The notes: generated by a model not told the origin, from the sequence alone. Shown: positions 18,673-28,784, counted from the first letter of the stretch. The stretch is DNA of 32,000 nt from Wolbachia endosymbiont strain TRS of Brugia malayi (GCF_000008385.1 NC_006833.1:780001-812000); one strand, 5' to 3'. Made by a program: numbers and translations.

Positions 18673-19293
18673 CTACACTTGGTGATTAAAGATATCCATA
18701 TCTTCCCATCCCATTAAATCTAATTCAACACGAATAGGAAGAAATTCAAAGCATTTTTGTGCTAACTCCTTTCTGTTTTCACGTTCCAACATTAAATCTA
18801 GCTTTTCCTTTATCTTATGAAGATACAAAACATCAGATGCAGCGTAACTTTTTTGCTTGTCTGTCAAATTTTCACTTCCCCAATCAGAAGATTGCTGCTG
18901 CTTATTTAATTTAGTATCAAGTAGCTCTAAGCATAACTCTTTCAGGCTATGATTATCTGTATAGGTGCGAACTAAACGTGAAGCTATTTTTGTACAATAG
19001 CATGGAAGTGCCCAAGTTTCTAGATAATAACATATTATGCTAACATCAAATCGTGCAAAGTGAAATATTTTAGTTATATTTTTATCCCCCAATATTTTTC
19101 TTAAATTTGGAGCTGCATAATCATTTTTGAATTGAATCAGGTGAGCATTCCCATCATTAAAAGAGAGCTGTATAAGGCATAATCTATCTCTAACATGAAG
19201 TAACCCCATTGCCTCTGTATCAACAGCTATAGATCTTACATTATCTGGTATTGAACTAGCTGGCAAGTCATCTTTATATACAAATATCCTCAT
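18673..19293 (-). CDS. rnd: Short-form ribonuclease D / DEDDy 3'-5' exonuclease
   Basis: ExoI (IAVDTEAMGL), ExoII (KIFHFARFDV) and ExoIII (QKSYAASDVLYLH) motifs are present. The length of 206 aa is typical of the alphaproteobacterial short RNase D. Confidence 0.8.
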   Translation of the reverse strand: MRIFVYKDDLPASSIPDNVRSIAVDTEAMGLLHVRDRLCLIQLSFNDGNAHLIQFKNDYAAPNLRKILGDKNITKIFHFARFDVSIICYYLETWALPCYCTKIASRLVRTYTDNHSLKELCLELLDTKLNKQQQSSDWGSENLTDKQKSYAASDVLYLHKIKEKLDLMLERENRKELAQKCFEFLPIRVELDLMGWEDMDIFNHQV

Positions 19294-19443
19294 AAGGCTC
19301 TGTAGAATAACAAAACGTCAATAATAATTGAAAGTGAGTTTTAAGTATACAAATATATAGACATAGTTCCTCACATTTCGGTATGTATGGGGTTTACAAA
19401 TTATTACATATACCTATAATTAAGAAGTAAATTTAGGTTAATT

Positions 19444-19516
19444 GCGGGAGTAGTTCAGTTGGTAGAACGCAACCTTGCCAAGGTTGAAGTCGAGGGTTCG
19501 AACCCCTTCTTCCGCT
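19444..19516 (+). tRNA. tRNA-Gly (GCC)
   Basis: The sequence is GCGGGAGTAGTTCAGTTGGTAGAACGCAACCTTGCCAAGGTTGAAGTCGAGGGTTCGAACCCCTTCTTCCGCT. The anticodon loop is TTGCCAA, the T-loop is TTCGAAC, and the acceptor stem has 7 bp. Confidence 0.9.
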
Positions 19517-19639
19517 CTCTTTTCCGAGATAATGCCATAAAAAATTACTTTGCTTATCCAATTAACCTAATTACTCTGACAATAGAGAGAGTTTTAAAAC
19601 TTTGAAGAATATTGTTATTATCAAAATTAGGGAAGTTGT

Positions 19640-20083
19640 ATGGATAAAGATTTAATACTTTTAGGCATAGCATCAGTAATAGGAGCACTTACAGGTTTAT
19701 GGTTAAGTTTCACAGCTTTATCACATTTAATAATAGGTGGAGTTATTGCCGCCATTCCTGTAATGTTATTGAGTGCATATTATATATGCGATAGTATAAG
19801 AAAAGGAAAGTTCTCCAAAAAAGATCTCTTCGAGTCTTACTTGTGCATGCTTCACAAGTGCCACGATTGGAGTTGGTCCTGTTGTAACCGCAACTGCTTT
19901 TTTCCTGGTGCAATGATTGGCATAGGTTATGCAACTTTAGCAGGTGGAGCAATAGCACCGATTATAGCGATATTTCCAATGTACAGTATTATAGTACCAA
20001 TAGCTGAAAAAGTGAATGAATATATTATTTTTCCTATAATTGAGTATTTTTCTCTAAAAGGAAAAGAACATGAGCAAGTTTAA
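19640..20083 (+). CDS. Hypothetical small membrane protein with a Cys/Trp-rich central loop
   Basis: The 147-aa protein has two N-terminal and two C-terminal hydrophobic helices. They flank the loop CMLHKCHDWSWSCCNRNCFF, which contains 6 Cys. I recognise no family. Confidence 0.5.
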   Translation: MDKDLILLGIASVIGALTGLWLSFTALSHLIIGGVIAAIPVMLLSAYYICDSIRKGKFSKKDLFESYLCMLHKCHDWSWSCCNRNCFFPGAMIGIGYATLAGGAIAPIIAIFPMYSIIVPIAEKVNEYIIFPIIEYFSLKGKEHEQV

Positions 20084-20169
20084 GCTCATCAAAAGAGTTT
20101 CTATTTTCTGTTATTCTAGTGTGCAACATTGGAGTAACAGAAGAAGCAACGCTGTATTACTAGTAAAAT

Positions 20170-20199
20170 TTGACATTGATTGTTGATAATTAGAATAAT
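20170..20199 (+). promoter_or_regulatory. Candidate sigma-70-type promoter for mnmG
   Basis: A perfect -35 TTGACA lies at 20170-20175. Possible -10 elements are TAGAAT at 20191 (15-nt spacer) or AATAAT at 20194 (18-nt spacer). The site is about 30 nt upstream of the mnmG ATG. AT-rich background makes the -10 call weak. Confidence 0.25.
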
Positions 20200-20226
20200 A
20201 GTAGAGTAAGAATTACTCAAGAGGGT

Positions 20227-22260
20227 ATGCATAGATATGACGTAGTGGTAGTAGGTGGTGGCCATGCAGGATGCGAAGCAGCTGCGGCTGCAGCTCGCCT
20301 TGGTGCAAGTACGTTACTTATAACCCATAAAATTTCAACTATAGGAGAAATGTCTTGCAATCCAGCAATTGGAGGAGTTGCAAAGGGTATTGTAGTCAGA
20401 GAAGTTGATGCTCTTGACGGAATAATGGGAAGAGCAATCGATCAAGCAAGCATACATTCAGTCATTTTAAATAGCAGCAGGGGCGCAGCAGTGTGGGGGC
20501 CGAGGGCACAGGCAGACCGAAAATTATACAAGAAAGCGATACAGGAAATTATTTTAAATCATGACAATTTGACAGTAAAAGAAGAGTCAGTGGATGATTT
20601 TCTGATCGAAAGTAATAGCAATGGAGAACCTTACATTAAAGCTATCATAACAAGCTCAGGAAAACAGATACTAACAAGCAAAGTTGTTTTAACTACGGGA
20701 ACTTTTCTGCAAGGTATGGTTCATATAGGAGAACAAACAACCCCTTCAGGAAGAATGGGAGATAAATCTGCAGTGGAACTTGCAAATACATTGAAGAAGT
20801 ATGATTTTAAATTAGGCAGATTGCGTACCGGAACCCCGCCGAGGCTTGATCGTAGTACTATAAACTGGTCAATATTAGAAGAGCAAGTAGGTAATAATCC
20901 ACCCATGCCGTTCTCTTACCTCACAGAAAAAATTAATCAACCTCAAGTTTCATGTTTCATTACCTATACTAATGAGAATACACACAGAATAATCCAAGCG
21001 AATCTTCACAGGTCAGCTTCTTCTTATCTAAATGACATTGTTGCACCAAGATACTGTCCATCAATTGAAGCTAAAGTTAAAAAATTTGCAGAAAAAAATA
21101 GTCACCAAATATTTTTAGAACCAGAAGGACTTGATAATATTACTGTGTACCCAAATGGAATTTCAAATTCATTGCCTATCGAAGTGCAGCGTGAAATGAT
21201 AAACAGTATCAAAGGGCTTGAAAACGCAGAGATATTAAGACCTGGATATGCGGTTGAGTATGATTACATTGACCCACGAGAGCTATTTCATACTCTCGAA
21301 ACTAAGAAAGTTAAAGGCCTATATTTCGCTGGCCAAATTAATGGTACTACTGGATATGAAGAAGCAGCAGGGCAAGGAATTATCGCCGGAATCAATGCAG
21401 CACTCTCTGCATCTCAAAAAAAAGAAAGTTTTGTTCTCCATCGCACAGATTCATATATCGGCGTAATGATAGATGATCTGGTCACTAAAGGAGTGACCGA
21501 GCCTTATAGGTTATTTACTTCACGTGCAGAATATAGGCTAGCAATTAGATCAGATAATGCAGATAGAAGATTAACGCAAAAAGGTTATAACATCTCTCTT
21601 GTATCATATAAAAGATACTCTGCTTTACAAAATAAACTTAAATCCATTAAGCAGCTTGAAGAGAAGTTAGAAAGTCTGAAAATTACTCCTGAGCAGCTTA
21701 GGTTTTGTGGTATTAAAATATCTCATGATGGAATAAGAAAAACAGCATTAGATCTACTTAGCTACCCAAATATCGATTGGAACAAATTACAAGAAATATG
21801 GCCAGAGTTAACTAATGTTACACGCTGGAATGACAACAAAGCGGATCAAACTGTCATTCAAGTAGTTGACACTAGAATCCAGAAAAAAAATGCAGATTCT
21901 AGTGTCACGCGCTGGAATGACAAAACAGGGTACTGGAATGATAGTAAAACAACGAGCAACACAATTAAAAATGAAATATGTGAAGCAGTTGCAATTGAAG
22001 CAAAATACAAACCTTATTTAGTAAGACAAGAAGCAGATATGAAGTTTTTACGAGAGGAAATGAATACTCAAATTCCAACCAATTTCAACTATTCACAAAT
22101 TAAAGGCCTGTCAAGTGAAGTAATAGAAAAATTGCAGGCAATTAAACCAGCAACGATTGGCATTGCAAAGCAAATACAAGGCATCACTCCAGCAGCAATA
22201 GTTAGCATATTGGTGTATTTAAGAAATAGGAAAACGAAGGTAGCTGCTAATTCTGCGTAA
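20227..22260 (+). CDS. mnmG: tRNA uridine 5-carboxymethylaminomethyl modification enzyme MnmG (GidA)
   Basis: The FAD motif [16 protein letters not shown] is present, together with [33 protein letters not shown] and a C-terminal GITPAA. At 677 aa it is about 45 aa longer than usual because of the repeat insertion at 21815-21955. Confidence 0.95.
   Translation: MHRYDVVVVGGGHAGCEAAAAAARLGASTLLITHKISTIGEMSCNPAIGGVAKGIVVREVDALDGIMGRAIDQASIHSVILNSSRGAAVWGPRAQADRKLYKKAIQEIILNHDNLTVKEESVDDFLIESNSNGEPYIKAIITSSGKQILTSKVVLTTGTFLQGMVHIGEQTTPSGRMGDKSAVELANTLKKYDFKLGRLRTGTPPRLDRSTINWSILEEQVGNNPPMPFSYLTEKINQPQVSCFITYTNENTHRIIQANLHRSASSYLNDIVAPRYCPSIEAKVKKFAEKNSHQIFLEPEGLDNITVYPNGISNSLPIEVQREMINSIKGLENAEILRPGYAVEYDYIDPRELFHTLETKKVKGLYFAGQINGTTGYEEAAGQGIIAGINAALSASQKKESFVLHRTDSYIGVMIDDLVTKGVTEPYRLFTSRAEYRLAIRSDNADRRLTQKGYNISLVSYKRYSALQNKLKSIKQLEEKLESLKITPEQLRFCGIKISHDGIRKTALDLLSYPNIDWNKLQEIWPELTNVTRWNDNKADQTVIQVVDTRIQKKNADSSVTRWNDKTGYWNDSKTTSNTIKNEICEAVAIEAKYKPYLVRQEADMKFLREEMNTQIPTNFNYSQIKGLSSEVIEKLQAIKPATIGIAKQIQGITPAAIVSILVYLRNRKTKVAANSA
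21815..21955 (+). repeat. Palindromic protein-coding repeat, composite copy inside mnmG
   Basis: A perfect 12-bp inverted repeat joins GACACTAGAATC (21868-21879) and GATTCTAGTGTC (21895-21906). The direct repeat GCTGGAATGACA occurs at 21824-21835 and 21911-21922, with a degenerate third copy, CTGGAATGATA, at 21933-21943. TGTCATTC (21852-21859) is the inverted partner of GAATGACA. The element encodes [41 protein letters not shown]. Confidence 0.8.
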
Positions 22261-22268
22261 GGTATTCT

Positions 22269-23936
22269 ATGTCAAAAATCGAAGAGTTTCGTTCTTTTAT
22301 GTGTGAAATAAAAGTTGATGCATTTATGTTGCATACCAAAGACGAATATTTAAATGGACATTCAGACGAATTAACTAAATTGTGTGGCTTTACGGGAACA
22401 CATGGGCTACTTATCGTTACAAAAGACAACAAGTGCCCATTTTTTACGGATGGACGCTATATCACACAAGCTCGCAATCAGCTCGACCAGGACAATTTTC
22501 AAGTACATAATATACAAGAAGAGAATCCATACGAATGGGTAAAAGCAAACTTAACATTGACTACCTCACTAGGTTACTACTTGCAATATTTTACCGTAAA
22601 AGAGATAAGAAAATATGAAGATATTTGTAAATTGGTACCATATTCAATTAAAAAAGAGATTAGCCGTAGAAAACAAACGATAGTTTCGCATGCAGTTGAG
22701 CATTCCGGTGAAAGTAGTAAGAGTAAATGTGAAAAAGTAGCTAAAAGCATAAATAAAGAAGCTGAAGCAGTACTTTTAACTGATTCAAATTCAATTTCAT
22801 GGTTATTAAATCTAAGAAATGAAAATGCTAAATATACTCCATGTATATTGGGCTGTGCTATATTGTACAAGAACGGCAATGTTGACTTGTTTATTCAAGA
22901 TAAAGAATACTCGACCATAGAAGCAAATTTAGGTAATCATACAAACATCTTTGATATTAGTAAACTCAAAAGTTCACTATGCAAGATAAATTCAATAATT
23001 ATAGATCCAAACACAACTCCGATGAGTATTATGGCTATAATAAAAAATAAGCAGATAGTTGAAAGGGAGGACCCTTGCTTGATTTACAAAGCAGTAAAAA
23101 ACCAAACTGAAATAGCTGGAGCTATAAAAGCACACACCAGAGATGGAATAGCAGTTACAAATTTTCTACATTGGCTTGAAAATAATACCAGTACAGAACT
23201 TGAAGCCGAAGAAAAGATTTTAGAATATAGAAAAGAGCAGGATTTGTTCAAACAAGCGAGTTTTCCAACAATCTCCGCATTTAATGAAAATGGAGCAATA
23301 ATCCACTATCGTGCAAGCAGTGAGACAAACAAAGTCATTCAGAAAGATGGATTATATTTGATTGATTCTGGTGGCGAATACCTTGATGGCACAACCGATG
23401 TAACAAGAACTATAGCAATTGGCAATCCAACTAATGAACAAATAACTCACTATACAATAGTATTGAAAGCTCACATCGCTTTAGCAAGTGCAGTCTTTCC
23501 TTCCGGCACTACCGGTGGAGAATTAGATACACTGGCACGCATTCACTTATGGAAATTTGGAATAGATTATATGCATGGCACAGGGCATGGGGTAGGAAGC
23601 TATTTATCAGTACACGAAGGGCCACAATCAATATCAAAAGGAAATAAAGTAAAACTCATGCCAGGGATGATACTTTCCAATGAACCTGGTTATTACATTC
23701 CAGAAAAGTATGGAATAAGAATTGAAAATCTGATGTATGTTGACAAGCAAGAAAATGGTTTTTTAAGCTTTAAACAACTGACCTCCATTCCATATGATAG
23801 AGGGCTAATAGATGTGCAAATGCTCACTAAAGATGAAATTGAATGGATAAATAGCTATCACCAATTTGTCTATAAGAGCTTAGAAAATAGTGTTAAAAAT
23901 AAGGAATGGTTAAAGAAAATATGTGCTTCTTTATAA
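22269..23936 (+). CDS. pepP: Xaa-Pro aminopeptidase (M24B, aminopeptidase P family)
   Basis: The M24 metal-ligand blocks are present: YLIDSGGEYLDGTTDVTRT, HGTGHGVGSYLSVHEGP, SNEPGYY and GIRIEN. The N-terminus is a long creatinase-like domain. Confidence 0.85.
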   Translation: MSKIEEFRSFMCEIKVDAFMLHTKDEYLNGHSDELTKLCGFTGTHGLLIVTKDNKCPFFTDGRYITQARNQLDQDNFQVHNIQEENPYEWVKANLTLTTSLGYYLQYFTVKEIRKYEDICKLVPYSIKKEISRRKQTIVSHAVEHSGESSKSKCEKVAKSINKEAEAVLLTDSNSISWLLNLRNENAKYTPCILGCAILYKNGNVDLFIQDKEYSTIEANLGNHTNIFDISKLKSSLCKINSIIIDPNTTPMSIMAIIKNKQIVEREDPCLIYKAVKNQTEIAGAIKAHTRDGIAVTNFLHWLENNTSTELEAEEKILEYRKEQDLFKQASFPTISAFNENGAIIHYRASSETNKVIQKDGLYLIDSGGEYLDGTTDVTRTIAIGNPTNEQITHYTIVLKAHIALASAVFPSGTTGGELDTLARIHLWKFGIDYMHGTGHGVGSYLSVHEGPQSISKGNKVKLMPGMILSNEPGYYIPEKYGIRIENLMYVDKQENGFLSFKQLTSIPYDRGLIDVQMLTKDEIEWINSYHQFVYKSLENSVKNKEWLKKICASL

Positions 23937-24059
23937 GCAAAAGAGCAGCTTTTCTATTATTTAATAAAATATTAATACAGTTGTAGTGGGTGTTTTGTAT
24001 TGCTTTTAATTTAAAAACAATATATAATAGAAAACATATATTTTTAAGTAGGTGTAATC

Positions 24060-24428
24060 ATGATGGATAAAGTACAAGAAGATGAATTTATGAAGCAATA
24101 TATGGATAGTTGTAAAGAGCAAATAGAAAAATTAGCTAAGGATCCTGAATTACTTAATCAGGCCTTAAAGCCATTTATGCAAATGTCCCAGCAACTTATG
24201 GCTGGTGGTATGTTAGATACTTCTACACCTGAGATAGTATCTAATTTAGGTAGTATGGATATTAACAAGATGATTGCTCAGATGAAGGAAATGATTGACT
24301 ATATAAAAAGTAATTATAAGGAACTCATGAAAAAGGATAGCTTGCAGATTCAAGAGCTTGACGAGTCCAGTAAAAAACTAAGAGGATTGGTTAAGAAATT
24401 AATGGAAAAGATCGAAAGTAACAAGTAG
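24060..24428 (+). CDS. Hypothetical Met/Gln/Lys-rich helical protein
   Basis: The 122-aa ORF has an AGGTG Shine-Dalgarno-like sequence 5 nt upstream of the ATG. Its composition is predicted helical (PFMQMSQQLMAGGML, coiled-coil-like C-terminus). I recognise no family. Confidence 0.5.
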   Translation: MMDKVQEDEFMKQYMDSCKEQIEKLAKDPELLNQALKPFMQMSQQLMAGGMLDTSTPEIVSNLGSMDINKMIAQMKEMIDYIKSNYKELMKKDSLQIQELDESSKKLRGLVKKLMEKIESNK

Positions 24429-24445
24429 GTAGTAGTTGGTAGTTA

Positions 24446-25426
24446 TTAATAGCGTAGCAGCACGGAGCCCCAGGTTAAGCCTGCACCTATTGCAACCAGT
24501 ATCCCCAAGCTTCCCGGTTTTATTTTCGGTTTTTGTATTGCATAATCAAGTGCTAGTGGAATTGATGCTGCTGAGGTATTTGCATGTTGATCAACTGTAT
24601 TAATTACTTTCTCCATAAGGAAATTTAATTTCTTTACTACAGCTTCAATAATACGAATGTTTGCTTGATGGGGAACTAACCAGTCAATATCAGTGATCTT
24701 CAAATTATTGCATCTTAATGTTTCTTCTATTGAGGCTGTTAACTTATCCACTGCATGCTTAAACACTTCTCTACCATTCATGTATATTTTTCCAGAATCA
24801 CCAGTTGAGGATATCCCTCCTTTTGTGCATAACACGTCTACATTACCATCAGAATATAAGTTGGTTGATATTATACCTCTTGTGGAATTTTCTGTCATTT
24901 CATTACAATGTGCTGTAGATTTCATTATAACTGCACCAGCACCATCACCAAACAGTACACAAGTTGACCTATCTTTCCAATCAACAATTCTAGACATTAT
25001 TTCAGCACCTATCACTAATGCATACTTAATTCTATCGTTAGATTTTATGAGCGAATCAGCAATTGTAACTGCATATATAAAACCAGAGCATGCTGCCTGT
25101 ACATCAAAAGAAAATGCGTTTTTACATTTTAACTTATTTTGCGCAATCGTTGCACAGCTAGGCAAAGTTTTATCAGGCGTTGTTGTTGCAACTATGATTA
25201 ACCCAATTTCATCCACTGAAATTTGAGCTTTTTCTATAGCATTTTTTGCCGAATTAACAGCTAGATCCGACGTTAACTCTGCTTCATCTGCTATATACCT
25301 TTGAGTTATTCCTGTTCTCTGTCTAATCCATTCATCACTTGTCTCAACCATTAATGCAATCTCATCGTTGCCCAACTTTTTTTTTGGCAGGTAAGATCCA
25401 GTGCTTAATATAAAACTTTTATTCAA
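24446..25426 (-). CDS. fabH: 3-oxoacyl-ACP synthase III
   Basis: The active-site Cys context (AACSGFIYA) and the HQANIRI and GAGLTWGS motifs are present. It overlaps the plsX stop by 8 nt. Confidence 0.95.
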   Translation of the reverse strand: MNKSFILSTGSYLPKKKLGNDEIALMVETSDEWIRQRTGITQRYIADEAELTSDLAVNSAKNAIEKAQISVDEIGLIIVATTTPDKTLPSCATIAQNKLKCKNAFSFDVQAACSGFIYAVTIADSLIKSNDRIKYALVIGAEIMSRIVDWKDRSTCVLFGDGAGAVIMKSTAHCNEMTENSTRGIISTNLYSDGNVDVLCTKGGISSTGDSGKIYMNGREVFKHAVDKLTASIEETLRCNNLKITDIDWLVPHQANIRIIEAVVKKLNFLMEKVINTVDQHANTSAASIPLALDYAIQKPKIKPGSLGILVAIGAGLTWGSVLLRY

Positions 25427-26456
25427 CTTGATTTACCTCACTAATTATCTTCTGGTTTAAATTTTCATTAATGGAATTTACTGCAAATTTTATAGCATGG
25501 GCAAAAGAAACAGCATCAGAATTTCCATGGCTCTTAATGACAATACCATTCAGCCCTAAAAACATAGCTCCACTTCTAATTTTAGGATTAAAACGCATTA
25601 ATACCTTATTTAGCTTGGATTTTAACAATATACCAACAAGCATTTTTGTTGCCCATGAGTTGAACATTTCCTGTTTTATTAGGTCGATAAAAGTGCTAGC
25701 AGTTGCCTCAGCTGTTTTAAGCATCACATTGCCAACAAAACCATCAGCAACAATTACATCTATATTACCCTCTAAAAATTCACTTGCCTCTATATACCCT
25801 TTGAAATTAATGTTTGGAGCACTTTTTAGTAGCTTAAAAGCACCACGTACTGAGTCATTACCTTTAACCTCTTCTGTACCAATGTTTAGCAAAGCAACTT
25901 CAGGATTGTCAACTTTTAATGCTATTTTTGCAAACATGCTTCCCATTAACGCAAATTGAAATAACGAGTCAACATTGCAATCAACATTTGCACCAAGATC
26001 GAGCAATGCAAAGCTCTTTGCCTTAGTTGGACAGACGGATACTATAGCAGGACGATAAACGTTTGGTAATGTTCCTAAAATAAACCTGGAAATTGCCATC
26101 AACGCTCCCGTATTACCTGAAGATACCATACCAGAAGCTTTACCTTTTTTCACTGCTTCAATGGCAGCCTTCATACTTGAATCTTTACGATGTCTCAGTG
26201 CAAAAGACGGCTTATCATTTGCAAGAACATTATTAGAGTAGTGAGTAAACTCAGAATTATCACTTACTTTTCTATATTTTAAAAGCAAAGGAGATATTTC
26301 TTTCTGATCTCCATAAATATGGAAAAAAACCTTTATGCCTGGATCAACAAGATTATCCAAAAAAAAACCAGCACCTTGAATCACCGAGAGAGGTGCAAAA
26401 TCACCCCCCATAGCGTCAAGTGCAATGACTATGTTATTGTTAACCGTAGGTAACAT
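25419..26456 (-). CDS. plsX: Phosphate acyltransferase PlsX
   Basis: IALDAMGGDFAP, SGNTGA and DGFVGNV motifs are present. I prefer the ATG at 26456 (MLPTVNN..) because the track start at 26519 would overlap rpmF by 53 nt. Confidence 0.92.
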   Translation of the reverse strand: MLPTVNNNIVIALDAMGGDFAPLSVIQGAGFFLDNLVDPGIKVFFHIYGDQKEISPLLLKYRKVSDNSEFTHYSNNVLANDKPSFALRHRKDSSMKAAIEAVKKGKASGMVSSGNTGALMAISRFILGTLPNVYRPAIVSVCPTKAKSFALLDLGANVDCNVDSLFQFALMGSMFAKIALKVDNPEVALLNIGTEEVKGNDSVRGAFKLLKSAPNINFKGYIEASEFLEGNIDVIVADGFVGNVMLKTAEATASTFIDLIKQEMFNSWATKMLVGILLKSKLNKVLMRFNPKIRSGAMFLGLNGIVIKSHGNSDAVSFAHAIKFAVNSINENLNQKIISEVNQVE

Positions 26457-26466
26457 ATCATGATAA

Positions 26467-26661
26467 TTATTCTGCCTGTTGTTTGATGAAAACCCGTTTT
26501 CCTTTGTAGCTGCCATCAACTGCTATACTGTGAGGCAGCATAAATTCCCCAGTTGTTGTGCATACTACAATATTCTTAGGCTTAATAGCATGATGAGAAC
26601 GATGCATATTACGCCTTGACTTTGACTTTTTTCTTTTTGGAACTGCCAAAACTTCCTCCAT
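26467..26661 (-). CDS. rpmF: 50S ribosomal protein L32
   Basis: Only the last 64 codons of track ORF 26467..26973 make up this gene: MEEVLAVPKRKKSKSRRNMHRSHHAIK...GSYKGKRV. They carry the L32 signature AVPKRK.SKSRR. The gene sits in the conserved rpmF-plsX-fabH order. Confidence 0.9.
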   Translation of the reverse strand: MEEVLAVPKRKKSKSRRNMHRSHHAIKPKNIVVCTTTGEFMLPHSIAVDGSYKGKRVFIKQQAE

Positions 26662-26890
26662 TCTACTTGAAAACTCACAATTTATTAATAGCATGTTTTT
26701 TACAAAAAGTAAACAGTGATAGTAAAATAAGTAAGGTTTGTTTAGACAATTAAACTCCATAAGTTTCAAACTAAAGCATTTTGACCTAAGTGTATTGAAC
26801 TTAAGGCACGTCTTAGCTATACTCTGCAATGAAGTTAACAAAAATTTTAACAAAATCAATAAAACTAATTTCAGCTGAGACAAATGCAAA

Positions 26891-27673
26891 GTGAGCTCGT
26901 TTGATATAAATGGTATTAGAATAATTGGTAGGTGCTTCATCAAGCTCTTGTTGAGGCTTGGTAGCGCATTCATATTTTTTATTCAATCCCTATATCACTG
27001 CTTTGTGCCACCATATTATTTGGGTAATATAGCAAAGCAAATCATAGAAATAGGCTTTTTTTCTCTGCCAATTGTTGGACTCACAGGGATTTTTATAGGG
27101 GCAGTGATAGTTTTGCAAAGTAGTCTGAGTGGCCCGTTGATCAGTCCAGAACAAATAATACCTAAACTTGTCACGGTCACCATTATTAAAGAGTTAGGAC
27201 CAGTTTTAATTAGTTTAATAATGGTAGGAAAGGTCGGATCATCAATTGCTGCAGAAATTGGCACGATGCGTATCACTGAACAAATAGATGCACTTACAAC
27301 TTTGAATATCAATCCTTTCAAATATTTAATTGCACCAAGGATTTTAGCATCAGTTATAGTATTTCCCATATTCACAATATGCGCAGATCTAATAGGAATA
27401 TTCGGGGGATACATCACTGCAGTTTTCAAATTTAATCATAACCTAAATATATATATTAAATACACAACTCAATTCTTTAACATGTATAATTTTATCACTG
27501 GGTTAATAAAAGCAACTGCTTTTGGCGCTATAATTTCCGTCTCAAGCTGCTATTACGGTTACCATTGCCAGGAAGGAGCCCGAGGAGTTAGTATTGCTAC
27601 AACATCAACTGTTGTTCTATCATCTATACTGATCATTCTAGCAAACTATATGATTACTTTGATCCATGCATAG
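26891..27673 (+). CDS. mlaE: MlaE-family ABC transporter permease
   Basis: The profile is typical of MlaE/Ttg2B permeases (GFFSLPIVGLTGIFIGAVIVLQ, TIIKELGPVL, AAEIGTMRITEQIDAL, NPFKYLIAPR). The start is GTG. Confidence 0.75.
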   Translation: MSSFDINGIRIIGRCFIKLLLRLGSAFIFFIQSLYHCFVPPYYLGNIAKQIIEIGFFSLPIVGLTGIFIGAVIVLQSSLSGPLISPEQIIPKLVTVTIIKELGPVLISLIMVGKVGSSIAAEIGTMRITEQIDALTTLNINPFKYLIAPRILASVIVFPIFTICADLIGIFGGYITAVFKFNHNLNIYIKYTTQFFNMYNFITGLIKATAFGAIISVSSCYYGYHCQEGARGVSIATTSTVVLSSILIILANYMITLIHA

Positions 27674-28376
27674 CCCCATAATATCAATATCAAATTTGCA
27701 CCTATCTTTTAATGATAAGATAATACTGAACGACATAAGTCTTGACATATTGAAAGGGGAATCACTAGTTATACTCGGCAGCTCAGGAAGCGGTAAATCT
27801 GTACTAACAAAAACGATTATTGGCCTGCTGGCACCGGATTCAGGGTCTATTAAAATAAATAGCAAAAGTAAAAACAAATTTGGGGTTTTATTTCAAAATT
27901 CCGCTCTATTTGACTATGTTGCAGTATGGGAAAATATATCTTTTAATTATAGAAAACGTTTCAATATCAGCAAAAAGGAGGCAAAGCAATTAGCAATTGA
28001 AAAATTAAATGATGTCGGGTTAGAGAAAAACATAGCAGATATGTTTCCAATAGAGTTATCAGGTGGAATGAAGAAAAGGGTAGCACTTGCAAGAGCAATT
28101 GCACACAACCCAGAAATTATTATGTTGGATGAACCAACTTCGGGATTAGATCCTATCATGTCAGATATAGTAAAAGAAACAATAGTAAAGCTGTCTAAAG
28201 ACCCTAGCCCTACAATTATCACAATCACACACGATATTCATGACGCATTCAAAATAGCTGATAAAATAGCAGTATTATATGAAGGAAGCATTATTTCTCA
28301 TGGAACTGTTCAAGAAATAAAAAATACTAAGAATGAATACATAAAGAAATTTATTCGCTATGTAGGTACAAAATAA
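27666..28376 (+). CDS. mlaF: MlaF-like ABC transporter ATP-binding protein
   Basis: Walker A (GSSGSGKS), the ABC signature (LSGGMKKRVALARA) and Walker B (IMLDEPTSGLD) are present. It overlaps the permease gene by 8 nt. Confidence 0.75.
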   Translation: MHSPIISISNLHLSFNDKIILNDISLDILKGESLVILGSSGSGKSVLTKTIIGLLAPDSGSIKINSKSKNKFGVLFQNSALFDYVAVWENISFNYRKRFNISKKEAKQLAIEKLNDVGLEKNIADMFPIELSGGMKKRVALARAIAHNPEIIMLDEPTSGLDPIMSDIVKETIVKLSKDPSPTIITITHDIHDAFKIADKIAVLYEGSIISHGTVQEIKNTKNEYIKKFIRYVGTK

Positions 28377-28397
28377 TAAAATCCCCTGCCTTATCTC

Positions 28398-28784
28398 TTA
28401 CTTTCGAGGCATATAATTCTCGTCATGTTTTGCAAAAACCGTCTCTGCCAAAAAGGTATTGCCATCAAACATTTTACCTTGCACAACAACACCACTTTTT
28501 TCTGAGAACATTGGAGGGAGTATTCCCTGATATTTTATCACAATGCTCTTGTTAAAGTCTGTCATTTGAAAGACCACTTCACTCTCACTACGTATTACAC
28601 TATCCTCAACAACCATTCCACCTATACGGATTGGTTTTTGATTGTTTGATAAAGTTATTGCTTCGCTTACTGTGTAAAAAAATGAGATATTTTCTCTGAG
28701 TATTGTTAAAATAAAGAAAACTATGCAATTTAAAAAGAAGAAAATTCCCGAAGCTACAAGTAATCGCTTATGTTTCTTCTTCAT
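28398..28784 (-). CDS. ccmE: Cytochrome c maturation heme chaperone CcmE
   Basis: It has an N-terminal anchor, an OB-fold region (IRIGGMVVEDSV, GVVVQG) and the heme-binding histidine motif FAKHDENYMP. Confidence 0.9.
   Translation of the reverse strand: MKKKHKRLLVASGIFFFLNCIVFFILTILRENISFFYTVSEAITLSNNQKPIRIGGMVVEDSVIRSESEVVFQMTDFNKSIVIKYQGILPPMFSEKSGVVVQGKMFDGNTFLAETVFAKHDENYMPRK

Noticed and set aside
26662-26973. The N-terminal 104 codons of the 168-aa track ORF 26467..26973.
   Set aside because: Only the last 64 codons resemble ribosomal protein L32. The upstream part is Leu/Lys-rich read-through of the AT-rich rpmF/mlaE divergent promoter region, and it overlaps the mlaE start.
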